Below the pieces are notes generated by a model, which ran no database searches, was not told where the DNA came from, and was given only the letters and a program-made list of their open reading frames with translations. Below, piece after piece: positions 62,101 to 64,000 of a stretch of 64,000 nucleotides of DNA. The translations under genes and the position numbers were made by a program. Source of the DNA: Dipteris shenzhenensis (lineage: Eukaryota); assembly GCA_047967505.1 (NCBI GenBank), contig CM106538.1; one strand, given 5' to 3'. Each line of letters opens with the position of its first letter. Within the stretch, counting starts at the first letter, position 1.

Positions 62101-64000
62101 TAAGAAATGGATATTCTCAACATCAAGGTGAAAGGGAATAGCGCTTTCGGCTTACCCTCAAACCTTCTCTAGTTTCAAGGGGTTTTATACCTAATGTAAA
62201 ACATAATTTAGGACCAAAACCTCAACAAATACCAAAGCATCAACATTAGCAAAGACTATTTAAACAATCTACAAACAATAGCAAATATGGGGTAAACAAC
62301 AAACGCTATCAAAAGCCACACTATGATCTTAAGACACGTAATTGATTACAACAAATTGAATAAATATTGAAATAAATACAACATGAACACGTACCAAATG
62401 CCTATAATATGACAAAATCAACCTCATATAAAGAAGAAATGAAATTCAATCCATTCTATAATGAAACATATTAATATTTGACAAGAGAATGCTTGAAAAG
62501 TAGACATGTGATCTCATTTTTAGTGCAATTTGCTATAATAGGAATTTTTTTACAAGTCCCATCATCCCAAACCCCATGACATCAAGTTCAAATATTATAC
62601 TCGTTGAAATTGAGGACTCACTAAATTCACATTAGAATGTTGTAAATTTATGAAAAACTGATCATACACATTCCACCATCCAAAGGACTTATGCACTCAA
62701 TCTCCATGGACCTACTTGGAAAAAGTGTCTGCAATGCATCTAAACATCTATCAAGCTTGAAAGGTGAATGAAAGAGGGATAACAATGGGAACTAGGTCCT
62801 AGATGTTAGTTGGCCAAGGATATTCAGATTCATAACAAATGATTCCTGTTGGACTAACTTCGATTAATATTGTCATGTAGGTGAAGACACCAACAATGAT
62901 TTTCATCATAATTTGGTCAGCTGAATTTTAAAGATGGGAGGCACCCCCTATCCTTCATAAGATAAAATTATGTTCAAATTTGTTGACCTTATTCTCCTAG
63001 AGCTCTTTTATAATATTCCTTGTTAGTCCAAAATGCTTGTGATTCTGATCTACCAAATCTAAGGCAAGCATAAGTGAATCTCTCTTTTCCCTCTTATAAA
63101 TGTGGGGTATAGTAGCATCGATGGATGCCAACATAACTATACTTGCCCTTGCCATCTTTCAAATATATGTCCTTCAAGTTTGTGATCCGTTTCTCACACC
63201 ATTGTGATTCTTGTTTTCCTTTTAGATTTATTCTACATGAGTGAAGATAACTTTTACATGTGTCATGAGCATTTCTAAAATTTCCTCTTCCATACCTATC
63301 CGCATACAAAAGCTACACACCAGGTTGTGCCTCATGTAATTGAAGCTAATCTCCGCCCTCATGCACTGCTATGTTAACAAACGTGATACATACAACATTG
63401 ATGAATTATGCCAATCTATGGTCCATATGGACTCATACAGAACCATGTAACACATGAGAGATAAGGGAGCTAAATATGAGTGGGAACTTGGCCATGTTGT
63501 CTAGAGATCCTCATTTAAATAATATCACATGCTTTTAATAAAGGTGACTCTAAATGATGAAATAATTCACCAAAAACTTAATCCACATAAAGTGAGAGTC
63601 ATTTAGGATCTCCACAAAGAAACAAAAACCTGAACGTAAAAAACTCATTACAATGGCCTAAACTACCACGAATCCTAACACTACACACCCATTAACATGT
63701 CAAGGTGACCAAATGAACTACATTTTAAACTATGAGCCAAGATTAACATTCATCATCCCTTAGGACCCTTGCAATCCCTACTTACACGCACACACACATG
63801 GCCAACTACGAGGGCACATTTTCCCATGGCCCAAGAGGGCGGGTTCGAACGCGGGCAGCGAGCTCAGGTGGGCAGCTGCAGTTGCTAGCAGATCCAAACT
63901 CTATTTGGGTGCTCTTGAAATCAACGATCTTAATAGAGCCTCATGGCTTGATGATAGTGCACCATGTAGATTTGCCAAATAAGAGAAAGAGAGAGAGAAA

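Noticed and set aside
59280-63600. Possible DNA-transposon (hAT-like) coding relics on the minus strand near 59300-60050 and 62500-63600
   Set aside because: Coding-like texture, but no motif I could identify with confidence and no TIR or TSD found.

Overview
Repeat-rich eukaryotic DNA from a land plant. A fern or lycophyte is inferred from the PLS-type PPR relics and the retroelement types; this is not proven. The only clearly intact host gene is a 3-exon beta-tubulin (minus strand, 28327..30060, 444 aa) with an unusual Q134E substitution. The dominant feature is a young, structurally complete 16.1-kb Athila-like Ty3/gypsy element (2575..18686, minus strand) with 1156-bp LTRs, a CATAC TSD and a tRNA-Asp PBS. 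It has several odd features: two large extra ORFs after integrase, an in-frame 486-bp duplication inside RT, four Gag zinc knuckles, a 1.3-kb G/C-only leader tract, and a leader hairpin motif shared with an older neighbouring gypsy element. The rest of the window is decayed gypsy, copia, Helitron and PPR fragments, microsatellites and many small tandem duplications. It also holds a LINE with a twin-priming-type 5' inversion and a 16-bp TSD, into which an inverted 1.55-kb copy of itself has been inserted. All counts and alignments were done by eye; no database searches were run.
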